Shown: positions 31,938-41,388 of the stretch, in pieces | Layout: each line of letters starts with the position of its first letter | Numbering within the stretch: the stretch's first letter is position 1 | Source of the DNA: an uncultured Alphaproteobacteria bacterium | GTDB taxonomy: Bacteria; Pseudomonadota; Alphaproteobacteria; SP197 | Assembly: GCA_943787175.1 (NCBI GenBank) | Contig: CALSLK010000021.1 | Span: forward strand, 9,482 to 73,481 | Direction: 5' to 3' | Length of the DNA: 64,000 nt | Notes under the pieces: model-generated | What the model was told of the DNA's origin: nothing | The model's database searches: none | What the model saw: only the letters and a program-made list of their open reading frames with translations | Made by a program: the position numbers and the translations under genes

Positions 31938-32420
31938 ATGGTCTCGGCACGGACCTTCAGTCTCTTTCTTGTCCTGTTTGCGACATGGCTTCTGCTTTCT
32001 GGCATCTGGGATCCGTTCCTGATTGCTTCAGGCGCGGTCTCAAGCCTTCTGGTCGTCTACCTTGCCCATCGTATGAGCGTGATCGACGGCGAAGGCCATC
32101 CGATTCAACTTTCCTGGAAGCTGCTTACCTACCTTCCCTGGCTGGCCTGGCAAATTCTGATTTCCAATATCGCGGTCTGCCGAATGGTTCTCTCGCCGTC
32201 CATGAAGCTTGATGCCGGGTCGGGCTGGGTTTCAGCCAGCCAGAAAACGCCTGTCGGACTGGTAACGTTTGCAAACTCGATCACGCTGACCCCTGGCACC
32301 GTCGCGTTGGCCGTCTACCCAGACACCATCCAGGTTCACGCCCTTGACCGCTCAGGCATCGAAGAACTCAAGGCCGGAGAAATGAACCGGCGCGTCTGTG
32401 CAATGGAAGGCCAGAGCTGA
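31938..32420 (+). CDS. mrpE: Na+/H+ antiporter subunit E
   Basis: WLLLSG, ANSITLTPGT, VHAL. Confidence 0.93.
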   Translation: MVSARTFSLFLVLFATWLLLSGIWDPFLIASGAVSSLLVVYLAHRMSVIDGEGHPIQLSWKLLTYLPWLAWQILISNIAVCRMVLSPSMKLDAGSGWVSASQKTPVGLVTFANSITLTPGTVALAVYPDTIQVHALDRSGIEELKAGEMNRRVCAMEGQS

Positions 32421-32683
32421 TGTTCTCGCTTGTTACATTTCTGGTCGTGATCGCCATGGCCATGACCCTGATCCGCGCGGTACGTGGCCCAACGCCCTAT
32501 GACCGCATTCTTGCGGTCAATGTTCACGGCACAATGACCGTGCTGTTGATCGCCCTGGCAGGTTTCCTGACCGATCGCCCGGATTTCCTGGACCTGTCTC
32601 TGGCTTACGCCTTGCTCAATTTTGTCGGCACGCTTGCAGCACTCAAATTCTTCAAGCACGGACATCTGGGTGAAGAGTCGTGA
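32420..32683 (+). CDS. mrpF: Na+/H+ antiporter subunit F
   Basis: GPTPYDRILA, YALLNFVGT. Confidence 0.93.
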   Translation: MFSLVTFLVVIAMAMTLIRAVRGPTPYDRILAVNVHGTMTVLLIALAGFLTDRPDFLDLSLAYALLNFVGTLAALKFFKHGHLGEES

Positions 32684-33024
32684 GCCTGGCCATCGACATC
32701 CTCAGTGGTATCTGCCTCTTCACCGGTGCTGTCTTGATGATCATCAGCGCCCTTGGCGTGATCCGTCTGCCTGATCTCTTCACCCGTCTTCACGGTGCCA
32801 GCATTGCCGATACCGGCGGCGCATTCCTGCTGCTGATCGGCATGGTCTTGCAGGCTGATACCTTTCTGGTGGCGATCAAGCTGGGGTTGATCGGGATTGT
32901 TCTCTTTTTCACCGCACCCACGGCCAGTCATGCCGTTGCTCATGCCGCTCTGATCGGAGGGCTCTCACCGGATGACCCCAAAGCTAATCAGGGCAAGGAT
33001 GAAGCAGAAGAGGATCGCACCTGA
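32680..33024 (+). CDS. mrpG: Na+/H+ antiporter subunit G
   Basis: RLPDLFTRLH, TAPTASHAVA. Confidence 0.93.
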   Translation: MSLAIDILSGICLFTGAVLMIISALGVIRLPDLFTRLHGASIADTGGAFLLLIGMVLQADTFLVAIKLGLIGIVLFFTAPTASHAVAHAALIGGLSPDDPKANQGKDEAEEDRT

Positions 33025-33566
33025 TGGAGCGTTTGCACGTCATTGTTCTGGTCATTCTGCTGATCGCGCTTGCCGTTACGCTGATCAGGCTGCGCAGCCT
33101 GCTTGCGATTGCAATTCTGACCGGCGTCTACAGCCTGATCATGGCGGTTGTTTATACCCTGCTCGATGCCGTTGACGTTGCCTTCACCGAAGCCGTCGTC
33201 GGTGCGGGCATCACGCTTACCCTGATGTTGGCCGCGATATCCCTGACAACCCGGAGCGAAACCAAGCCCGGCAAACGCACGAAACAACGTGCCGTCGGTG
33301 CCGTTACCGCGTTGGCCGCAGGCATGGCGTTGATCTATGCGACCACCGACATGCCGGGCCTGGGCGATGCGGACGCGCCCGTCCATCTTCATGTCGCTCC
33401 CTACTACATTGAGGTAGGCCCGATCGAGACGGGTGTTCCCAATATCGTGACCGCCATTCTGGCAAGCTATCGTGGTTTTGATACCCTGGGAGAAGTTGCG
33501 GTCATCTTCACTGCCGGGATCAGTGTCATGGCGTTGTTGTGGCGTTGGGGCAAGGACGACCGATGA
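33024..33566 (+). CDS. DUF4040/MnhB-related Mrp subunit (MrpA C-terminal-like)
   Basis: DVAFTEAVVGAG, PNIVTAILASYRGFDTLGE. Confidence 0.9.
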   Translation: MERLHVIVLVILLIALAVTLIRLRSLLAIAILTGVYSLIMAVVYTLLDAVDVAFTEAVVGAGITLTLMLAAISLTTRSETKPGKRTKQRAVGAVTALAAGMALIYATTDMPGLGDADAPVHLHVAPYYIEVGPIETGVPNIVTAILASYRGFDTLGEVAVIFTAGISVMALLWRWGKDDR

Positions 33567-33985
33567 GCGAACATCTGATCGTCCGCGTGGTGAGCAAGAT
33601 GCTCATTCCGTTCATTCTGCTGTTTGCGCTCTATGTGCAGATGCACGGTGACTATGGCCCCGGCGGCGGCTTCCAGGCCGGCGTGATCTTTGCCACGGCG
33701 TTCATCATCTATGCCATCGTTTTTGGCGTGAAACGTGCCATTCGTGTTATGCCGCTCACAGTCCTGACCGCCATGGTGTCCCTGGGCCTGGTTCTCTATG
33801 CAATGGTGGGGTTCGTCTCGCTCGCTGCCGGCGGCACCTTTCTGGATTACGGTGCGCTCGACAGCCATGATCCCGTACATGGCCAGCATCTGGGCATCAT
33901 CATTATTGAACTTGGGGTCGGCATCACGGTTGCCGGTGTTCTGACCGCGATCTTCTTTACCTTTGCCGAACGATGGCAGAAATGA
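33563..33985 (+). CDS. mrpB: Na+/H+ antiporter subunit B
   Basis: HGDYGPGGGFQAG, ELGVGITV. Confidence 0.92.
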   Translation: MSEHLIVRVVSKMLIPFILLFALYVQMHGDYGPGGGFQAGVIFATAFIIYAIVFGVKRAIRVMPLTVLTAMVSLGLVLYAMVGFVSLAAGGTFLDYGALDSHDPVHGQHLGIIIIELGVGITVAGVLTAIFFTFAERWQK

Positions 33986-34347
33986 TCGAGGTCCTTACCT
34001 ACATCACCGAACATGCCGTGCAGTGGGGTGCAGTCGTCCTGCTGATGCTGGGCCTCTACATTGTCATGACGCGCGGCAATCTGATCAAGAAGGTGATCGG
34101 CCTCAATATCTTTCAGACTGCTGTCTTCCTGCTCTATATCTCCATTGGCTACGTTCTTGATGGTGCCGCACCTATCGTGCTGGAAGGTGCAGAGCGCTAC
34201 TCGAACCCATTGCCCCATGTTCTGATCCTCACAGCCATCGTGGTTTCGGTCGCAACGACGTCCCTGGCACTCGCTCTGATCGTGCGGATTCAAGAAGCCT
34301 ATGGTTCGATCGAGGAAGACGAAATTCTCGAGCACGGCGAGACATGA
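33982..34347 (+). CDS. mrpC: Na+/H+ antiporter subunit C
   Basis: NLIKKVIGL, NPLPHVLILTAIVV. Confidence 0.94.
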   Translation: MIEVLTYITEHAVQWGAVVLLMLGLYIVMTRGNLIKKVIGLNIFQTAVFLLYISIGYVLDGAAPIVLEGAERYSNPLPHVLILTAIVVSVATTSLALALIVRIQEAYGSIEEDEILEHGET

Positions 34348-34351
34348 CCTG

Positions 34352-35830
34352 ATGTCCATCGTCGAACATCTCCCAGCCCTGCAGGTTGCCGTTCCGCTGA
34401 TCGCCGCGCCGCTCTGCGCCATGATGCTTCGTCCAAGCATTGCATGGCCGTTTGCGGTCCTGGCGTCCTGGATCACCTTTGCCATTTCCGTTGCCCTGAT
34501 GGATCAGGTCCTCAGCCACGGAACGATCACCTACAACATGGGTGGCTGGTCCCCTCCCTGGGGCATCTCCTATGTCATCGACCCGCTCAACGCGCTGCTG
34601 TTGTTGCTGGTCTCGGGCATGGCCGCGATCATCATGCCGGGTGTGCGCCTTGGCATCGGCGTCGAAGTTACGTTTCGCGCGCAACGCCTGTTTTTCACGG
34701 TCGCACTGCTGTCTCTGACCGGCATGCTGGGCATCGTCATCACCGGTGATGCCTTCAACCTCTATGTGTTTCTGGAGATTTCGTCACTGTCGAGCTACGC
34801 GCTAGTCGCGATGGGCTCGGACCGGCGAGCGTCCAAGGCGGCCTTCAACTATCTCATCCAGGGAACAATCGGCGCGACCTTCATTCTGATCGGCATTGGC
34901 CTTGTCTACATGATGACAGGGACGCTCAATATGGCCGATATGGCCAACAGGCTGACCGATCTCCACGGCTCGGCAACCGTACAGGCAGCCTTTGCCTTCA
35001 TTCTGGTCGGTGCCGGCATCAAGTTCGCCATGTTCCCGGCGCACGCATGGATGCCCAACGCCTACACCTATGCGCCTTCGCTGGTCTCAGCCTTCTTTGG
35101 CGCAACAGCTACCAAGGTTGGCGCCTATATCCTGATCCGCTTCATCTACGATGTCTTTGGTGCCGAGTTTGCCTTTGACGAGATGCATGTCGGTTGGGTG
35201 TTGATCCCTCTTGGACTGGCCGGCGCCTTTGTTGGATCCCTGGTGGCGATCTGGCAGGACGATCTCAAACGCATGCTCGCCTATTCCAGCGTGGCCCAGA
35301 TCGGCTATGTCGCTGCCGCGATTGGCCTGGGAAATCATGACGGTCTCATTGCAGCGATCGTCCACGTCTTCAATCACGGCCTGATGAAGGGCGCTCTGTT
35401 CCTGGTCACCGCATGCGTCATCCTGCGCCTGGGCCGTGCCGACATGACAAGTTTCAGAGGACTGGGCAAACGCATGCCGGTCACTATGGGCTGTTTCGTG
35501 GTGGCAGGCCTGTCCATGATCGGCGTGCCCTTCACAGTGGGCTTTATCAGCAAGTGGTACCTGATCCTGGGTGCACTGGATGCCGATATGTGGCCCGTCG
35601 CAGTTCTGATCGTGATGAGTTCGCTGCTGTCGATCATCTATATCTGGCGCGTCGTCGAAGTCGCCTATTTCAACGACCCGCCCGATGATGTGAAGGTTAC
35701 GGAAGCGCCCGCCATGCTTCTGGTGCCGACCCTGATCCTGACCGTATTGTGCATTGCCTTTGGTGTAGCCACCAAGATCACCGTTGGTGTCGCAGGATTG
35801 GCCGCCAACAGTCTTGGGGTCTATCCATGA
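34352..35830 (+). CDS. mrpD: Na+/H+ antiporter subunit D family
   Basis: DAFNLYVFLEI, FPAHAWMP, KRMLAYSSVAQIGY, NHGLMK. Confidence 0.92.
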   Translation: MSIVEHLPALQVAVPLIAAPLCAMMLRPSIAWPFAVLASWITFAISVALMDQVLSHGTITYNMGGWSPPWGISYVIDPLNALLLLLVSGMAAIIMPGVRLGIGVEVTFRAQRLFFTVALLSLTGMLGIVITGDAFNLYVFLEISSLSSYALVAMGSDRRASKAAFNYLIQGTIGATFILIGIGLVYMMTGTLNMADMANRLTDLHGSATVQAAFAFILVGAGIKFAMFPAHAWMPNAYTYAPSLVSAFFGATATKVGAYILIRFIYDVFGAEFAFDEMHVGWVLIPLGLAGAFVGSLVAIWQDDLKRMLAYSSVAQIGYVAAAIGLGNHDGLIAAIVHVFNHGLMKGALFLVTACVILRLGRADMTSFRGLGKRMPVTMGCFVVAGLSMIGVPFTVGFISKWYLILGALDADMWPVAVLIVMSSLLSIIYIWRVVEVAYFNDPPDDVKVTEAPAMLLVPTLILTVLCIAFGVATKITVGVAGLAANSLGVYP

Positions 35831-37311
35831 TGCCCCTTCCCGATCCAGGTTGGCTGGCAGCGATAGCCATCGTCATTCCGCTTCTGGGCGTCGTCGGCAT
35901 TTTGACCACAAGGCGCTGGCCCGACGTGCGTGAAGGCATCAGCCTTGCTGCGGGCAGCGTTCTTTTCTGCGCCGTGATGACTATCGCCATGGCGATGGAG
36001 AGCGGCGAGACCGTTCATTTCGAGCTTGCCCGCCCGCTGACAGGCGTCACCATCGCTCTGACCGTGGACTCACTTGGTCTGTTGTTCGCGATTGTTGCGA
36101 GCTTCCTGTGGATCGTCACAACAGTTTATGCGATCGGCTACATGCGTGGGCATCACGAGAAGAACCAGACACGGTTCTACACGTTTTTTGCCGTCGCCAT
36201 TGCCTGTGCCATGGGCATCGCCTTTGCAGGCAACATGCTCACGTTATTTGTCTTCTATGAGGCTCTGACGATCTCAACCTTCCCGCTGGTCACCCATGCC
36301 GGCACACCCGAAGCACGTAAAGCAGGGCGCACGTATCTGGGAATTCTCCTGGGTACCTCCATCGGCTTTCAGATGATTGCCATCATCGGAACCTATGCAG
36401 TGACCGGAACCCTCGATTTCCGTGACGGCGGCATTCTGGAGGGGAACGTCTCCCATGGCGTCGCCGGCGTGTTGCTCCTTCTCTATGTCTATGGCGTCGG
36501 CAAAGCCGCTCTGATGCCCTTCCACCGCTGGCTGCCTGCAGCCATGGTCGCCCCGACACCAGTCAGTGCGCTTCTCCATGCTGTTGCCGTAGTCAAAGCC
36601 GGTGTCTTTACTATGTTGAAGGTCGCCACCTTCATCTTCGGTTTCGACCTGCTGAGCGAACTGCCGATGACGCAGGTCCTACAATGGATTGCCGCCTTCA
36701 CGATCATTGCGGCGTCGCTGGTAGCCATGACCAAGGACAACCTGAAGGCCAGGCTGGCCTATTCCACGATCAGCCAGCTTGCCTACATCGTGCTAGCCGC
36801 GCTGCTTGCCAACGAGGCCGGTTTCCTTGGCGGCGGCCTCCATATCGCGACCCATGCGGCCGGCAAGATCACGCTGTTTTTCTGCGCTGGCGCCATTCTG
36901 GTCGCCGCACACAAGACCGACATCTCCCAGCTCGATGGTCTGGGCCGGGTCATGCCCTTCACCTTTGCTGCCTTTCTGGTCGGCAGTCTCAGTATCATCG
37001 GCCTGCCTCCGTTCGGAGGCCTGTGGAGCAAGTGGCTCATTCTCGATGGCGCACTGGAAGCCGACAAACTGTTCCTTGTCGGTGTTCTGTTGGTCTCGAC
37101 TCTGCTCAACATCGCCTATCTGTTGCCCATCCCATTCCGCGCGTTTTTCAGGCCTCTGCCCGAAGGTGCCCCGGCAACGCGCAACGAAGCACCGGTCGCC
37201 TGCCTTGCGGCAATCGCTGTGACCTGCCTGTGTTGCCTCCTGCTGTTCCTCTTCCCTGACCCTGCGATTGATCTGCTGGGCCGAACCTTCGCTGGCGTGG
37301 GGTCTCCGTAA
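35827..37311 (+). CDS. mrpD: Na+/H+ antiporter subunit D family (second paralogue)
   Basis: LFVFYE, PFHRWLP, HAVAVVKAG, RLAYSTISQL. Confidence 0.9.
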   Translation: MMPLPDPGWLAAIAIVIPLLGVVGILTTRRWPDVREGISLAAGSVLFCAVMTIAMAMESGETVHFELARPLTGVTIALTVDSLGLLFAIVASFLWIVTTVYAIGYMRGHHEKNQTRFYTFFAVAIACAMGIAFAGNMLTLFVFYEALTISTFPLVTHAGTPEARKAGRTYLGILLGTSIGFQMIAIIGTYAVTGTLDFRDGGILEGNVSHGVAGVLLLLYVYGVGKAALMPFHRWLPAAMVAPTPVSALLHAVAVVKAGVFTMLKVATFIFGFDLLSELPMTQVLQWIAAFTIIAASLVAMTKDNLKARLAYSTISQLAYIVLAALLANEAGFLGGGLHIATHAAGKITLFFCAGAILVAAHKTDISQLDGLGRVMPFTFAAFLVGSLSIIGLPPFGGLWSKWLILDGALEADKLFLVGVLLVSTLLNIAYLLPIPFRAFFRPLPEGAPATRNEAPVACLAAIAVTCLCCLLLFLFPDPAIDLLGRTFAGVGSP

Positions 37312-37559
37312 TGAACGACAAGAAGACCTATCTGTTCGACAAGCCCCGCAATGTGAAGCTGGTCATCTGGACACTCGTGCTGGCTTGCGCTGGAACGCTG
37401 ATTGCAGACGTCTTTGCGCACCGACATGTCGATCATCCCTGGGAATCGATGTTCGGCTTCTATGCCGCGTTCGGCTTCGGCGCCTATGCCCTGCTGGTTC
37501 TTGTTTCCGAAGGCATTCGTTTCCTCGTGCAACGACGCGAAGGTTACTACGATGATTAG
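37311..37559 (+). CDS. Small membrane protein of the Mrp operon
   Basis: Two TM segments, GFYAAFGF, RREGYYD; translationally coupled. Confidence 0.8.
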   Translation: MNDKKTYLFDKPRNVKLVIWTLVLACAGTLIADVFAHRHVDHPWESMFGFYAAFGFGAYALLVLVSEGIRFLVQRREGYYDD

Positions 37560-39249
37560 CGTCGCGCCGTTCCTGATCTTCCTGGTCGGCGCTGCACTCG
37601 CCATGGTGGCCCGTGGTCGCTTGCGCGATGTCATCGCAGTTGCCACACCGGTCGTTGGCGCGATCAATCTCTGGGCGCTCGACGGCAGCGCACCGATGAC
37701 CGTGATGCTGTTTGGCCACGGGTTGATCCTGGTCGAAGTTGACCGGCTCTCCATGCTGTTTGGATGGCTGTTCCATCTCGCCGTCTTCGTGGCCCTGGTC
37801 TACAACCTCTATCGCCCGACCAAGCTGGAGCAGGTCTCCATTCTGACCTATGGCGCCAGCACCATGGGCGCGATCTTTGCGGGGGACCTGCTGACCCTGC
37901 TGCTGTTCTGGGAAGGCCTGGGCCTGACCTCTGTATTCCTTGTGCTGGCGCGCGGCACGCTCAGGGCCGAACGCGCTGCGGTGCGTTACCTGATGCTGCA
38001 GGTTTTGTCAGGCGTGCTGTTGATGTGCGGCATTATCGTGCTGATCAATCAGGGACGTTCGCTTGCCATTACACCGTTGGAGCTTGAAGGCCTGGCAGCC
38101 TGGCTGATTTTCCTTTCCCTGGGCATCAAGGCCGGCTTCCCGCTGCTCCATAACTGGATCACCGACACCTATCCCGAAGCGACCGAGACCGGCACGGTGA
38201 TCATGAGTGCGCTGACCACCAAGACGTCGATCTATTGTCTGGCCAGTCTGTTTCCGGGCACGGAACTGCTGATCTACATCGGCGCAACAATGACCGTGTT
38301 CCCAATATTCTATGCCGTACTCGAAGACGATCTGCGGCGGGTTCTGTCCTACAGCCTGATCAATCAGCTGGGGTTCATGATCACCGGAATCGGGATCGGC
38401 ACGGAACTGGCCATCAACGGAGCGGTGGCGCATGCCTTTGCTCATGTGATGTATAAATCACTGCTCTTCATGTCGATGGGTGCAGTGCTCTACCGGACTG
38501 GCAAGATTGGCGCATCGGAGCTGGGTGGGCTTTACCGCACCATGCCCAAGACCACGATCATGTGCATCATCGGTGCGGCCTCGATTTCAGCCTTCCCGTT
38601 GTTCTCGGGATTCGTGTCAAAAGCCATGGTGATGAGTGCAGCTCTTCAGGGAGGTTACGACTGGGTCTGGCTCGCCCTGTTGTTTGCTTCAGCTGGCGTC
38701 CTGCACCACGCCGGAATCAAGATTCCGTTCTTTGCGTTCTTCGGTCATGATTCCGGGCAGCGGCCCAAGGAAGCACCAAAGCCCATGTTGATTGCCATGT
38801 TCATCGCATCGGTGATGTGCATCGGCATCGGAATCTTTCCGGGCCTGCTGTATGACATGCTTCCCTACCCCGTCACCTATGAGCCTTACACGTTCGAGCA
38901 TGTGCTGACGCAGCTCCAGCTTCTGCTCTTTGCGGCTTTGTGTTTCGTGGTTCTGCGCGTCACCAAACTGGAGCCTCACGAAAGGCCCGGGGTCAACCTC
39001 GATATCGAGTGGACCTATCGCTGGCTCCTGCCCCGTGCAGGCCGCTGCGGGTACGCAATCCTGGAACGCATCATCCACCCGCTCCGCCAGCTTTCGCAGA
39101 TCGGCATGCAAAGTTCGGTTTGGCTGGTCAAACTCTGGCACGGACCAGGCGGCCTGTTCGCGCGCGACCCTCTGATCAGTTCGGCGTCCCTTGCCGTTGT
39201 CGTCATCTTCACACTGGTCTTGCTGATCGACCTGATCCAGGGTTTTTGA
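37552..39249 (+). CDS. mrpD: Na+/H+ antiporter subunit D family (third paralogue)
   Basis: LLFWE, LHNWITDTYPE, RRVLSYSLINQLG, FPLFSGFVSK. Confidence 0.9.
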   Translation: MISVAPFLIFLVGAALAMVARGRLRDVIAVATPVVGAINLWALDGSAPMTVMLFGHGLILVEVDRLSMLFGWLFHLAVFVALVYNLYRPTKLEQVSILTYGASTMGAIFAGDLLTLLLFWEGLGLTSVFLVLARGTLRAERAAVRYLMLQVLSGVLLMCGIIVLINQGRSLAITPLELEGLAAWLIFLSLGIKAGFPLLHNWITDTYPEATETGTVIMSALTTKTSIYCLASLFPGTELLIYIGATMTVFPIFYAVLEDDLRRVLSYSLINQLGFMITGIGIGTELAINGAVAHAFAHVMYKSLLFMSMGAVLYRTGKIGASELGGLYRTMPKTTIMCIIGAASISAFPLFSGFVSKAMVMSAALQGGYDWVWLALLFASAGVLHHAGIKIPFFAFFGHDSGQRPKEAPKPMLIAMFIASVMCIGIGIFPGLLYDMLPYPVTYEPYTFEHVLTQLQLLLFAALCFVVLRVTKLEPHERPGVNLDIEWTYRWLLPRAGRCGYAILERIIHPLRQLSQIGMQSSVWLVKLWHGPGGLFARDPLISSASLAVVVIFTLVLLIDLIQGF

Positions 39250-39340
39250 CTAGCAGCTTCGCCGGTTTGAATGTGCACCGGCTTGACGTAAGTTTCCGCC
39301 ACGTTGACTTCCGTGAACAGCCAACCAGAAAGAGATACGC

Positions 39341-39976
39341 ATGGATCTTGCCGGTGAGTACCGTATCGAAGCCCCGCGCGATGCCGTCTGGCAGGCGCTG
39401 AACGATGCAGATGTGCTCAAGCAGTGCATTCCTGGTTGTCAGGAGATCGAGAAGGAGTCCGACACCGCATTCAATGCCAGGGTGAAGTCCAAGATCGGCC
39501 CGGTTTCTGCAACCTTCAAGGGCAAGGTGACGCTCTCGGAACTGGATCCGCCCAACGGCTATACGATATCCGGTGAAGGCCAAGGTGGCGTCGCCGGTTT
39601 TGCCAAGGGTGGCGCGCGCGTAAGCCTGGAAGAGGACGGCGCGGCAACCATGCTGCGTTATACGGCCGACGGACAGGTAGGTGGAAAACTGGCACAGGTC
39701 GGTGCACGCCTGGTGGAAGGAACCGCCAAGAAAGTCGCTGACGATTTCTTCACCCGATTCAACGAACTGGTTTCGCAACAGGCCGCAAGCCAGCCTGTTG
39801 TTGAACCCACTATGGCAGCAGCAACGACTTCACCGGAACGCGCAGCACCAACGCCTGCGCCTGCTCCAAATGGACCAGCGCGTGAACCGCAACCCACCTT
39901 GCTGGAAAACTGCTGGTTCGGACTTGCAGGCGTGACACTGCTGGTCCTATTCGTCATGGCGGGCCTTCCCCAATGA
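39341..39976 (+). CDS. coxG: CoxG/SRPBCC family protein with C-terminal membrane anchor
   Basis: [32 protein letters not shown]. Confidence 0.92.
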   Translation: MDLAGEYRIEAPRDAVWQALNDADVLKQCIPGCQEIEKESDTAFNARVKSKIGPVSATFKGKVTLSELDPPNGYTISGEGQGGVAGFAKGGARVSLEEDGAATMLRYTADGQVGGKLAQVGARLVEGTAKKVADDFFTRFNELVSQQAASQPVVEPTMAAATTSPERAAPTPAPAPNGPAREPQPTLLENCWFGLAGVTLLVLFVMAGLPQ

Positions 39977-40037
39977 TGTACTTGACCCATGGCCGCATGC
40001 CTTCGACACTCTGCCCGGTCAGACAGGAGATTTGCCC

Positions 40038-40514
40038 ATGACAATCACCGTATCCATGACGGTGAATGGCGAGGAACGCAGCGGCACGTGCGAGGAACGC
40101 ACGCTGCTGGTGACATTCCTGCGCGAGACACTGCGCCTGACCGGAACTCATGTCGGTTGCGACACCAGCCAGTGTGGCGCCTGTGTCGTCCATGTCGACG
40201 GTGAGTCAGTAAAATCCTGCACCATGCTCACGGTTCAGGCAGAGGGCCGCAACGTCACCACGATCGAAGGCGTTGCGGACGGTGACACGCTGCATCCCAT
40301 GCAGCAGGCGTTTCATGAAAATCATGGACTGCAGTGTGGTTATTGTACCCCCGGCATGATCATGAGTGCGCTCGACCTCATCAAACACAACCCTGACCCG
40401 ACAGAACGAGAAATCCGCGAGCACCTGGAAGGCAATCTTTGCCGCTGCACGGGCTACCACAACATCGTGAAATCCATCCGGGCCGCGGCCGACAAGATGG
40501 CAACGGGGGCCTGA
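40038..40514 (+). CDS. coxS: CoxS/CutS 2Fe-2S small subunit
   Basis: [30 protein letters not shown]. Confidence 0.95.
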   Translation: MTITVSMTVNGEERSGTCEERTLLVTFLRETLRLTGTHVGCDTSQCGACVVHVDGESVKSCTMLTVQAEGRNVTTIEGVADGDTLHPMQQAFHENHGLQCGYCTPGMIMSALDLIKHNPDPTEREIREHLEGNLCRCTGYHNIVKSIRAAADKMATGA

Positions 40515-40516
40515 TC

Positions 40517-41314
40517 ATGTACGCCTTTTCGTTCCACCAGCCCGAAACACTGGAAGAAGCCAAACGCCTCTTCGGTGAAAGCGACGATCCACGCTATCTA
40601 TCGGGCGGTCACACGCTTCTGCCCTCCATGAAACTGCGCCTTGCCACGCCGTCGGACCTGATCGAGCTGAATGCCATCGAAAGCCTCAAAGGCATCAGCA
40701 TTGAAGGCGACAATGTCGTAGTTGGCGCTGGCACCCGTCATGGTGATGTCGCGCAATCAGCCGATGTTCTGGCCGCAATCCCAGCCTTGGCAGATCTGGC
40801 AGGCATGATCGGTGATTTTCAGGTCCGCAATCGAGGAACCCTGGGCGGTTCCATCGCAAATGCGGACCCTGCCGCTGATTATCCCGCCGCCATTGTTGGT
40901 TTGAACGCCACAGTAAAGACTGACCGCCGCGAAATTGCTGCTGATGACTATTTCACCGACCTGTTCGAGACGGCGCTGGAGGAGGACGAAATTGTCACCG
41001 CAGTGTCATTCCCCACGCCGGTACGCGCAGCCTATATGAAATTCCCCAACCCCGCCTCGCGCTACGCCATTGTCGGCGTATTCGTCGCCGAAACAGCCGG
41101 CGGGATACGTGTGGCCGTGACCGGCGCAGGTGCGAGCGTCTTCCGCGTTGTTGAGATGGAAGCGGCACTGACAGTGAACTTCGCACCCGAGGCCGTCGCT
41201 GACATCCTGATTCCTGATGACGACCTCAACAGCGATATCCACGCGGCCAACGACTACCGGGCACATCTGGTGACCGTTATGGCCAAACGCGCTGTTGAAA
41301 AAGCTCTGGGCTGA
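40517..41314 (+). CDS. coxM: CoxM/CutM FAD-binding medium subunit
   Basis: SGGHTLLP.MKLRLA, QVRNRGTLGGSIANADPAAD, KFPNPASRYA, SDIHA..DYR. Confidence 0.93.
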   Translation: MYAFSFHQPETLEEAKRLFGESDDPRYLSGGHTLLPSMKLRLATPSDLIELNAIESLKGISIEGDNVVVGAGTRHGDVAQSADVLAAIPALADLAGMIGDFQVRNRGTLGGSIANADPAADYPAAIVGLNATVKTDRREIAADDYFTDLFETALEEDEIVTAVSFPTPVRAAYMKFPNPASRYAIVGVFVAETAGGIRVAVTGAGASVFRVVEMEAALTVNFAPEAVADILIPDDDLNSDIHAANDYRAHLVTVMAKRAVEKALG

Positions 41315-41388
41315 TCGCCTCTTTCACATTTTGTCCAGCAGACTCGGTATCTCGTCGCCTGTGCGTGAAATCGCGCTAGACTGTCGCT

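Noticed and set aside
39341-41314. Calling the organism a CO oxidiser
   Set aside because: No CoxL with the form I AYXCSFR motif is in the window, so the substrate cannot be assigned.
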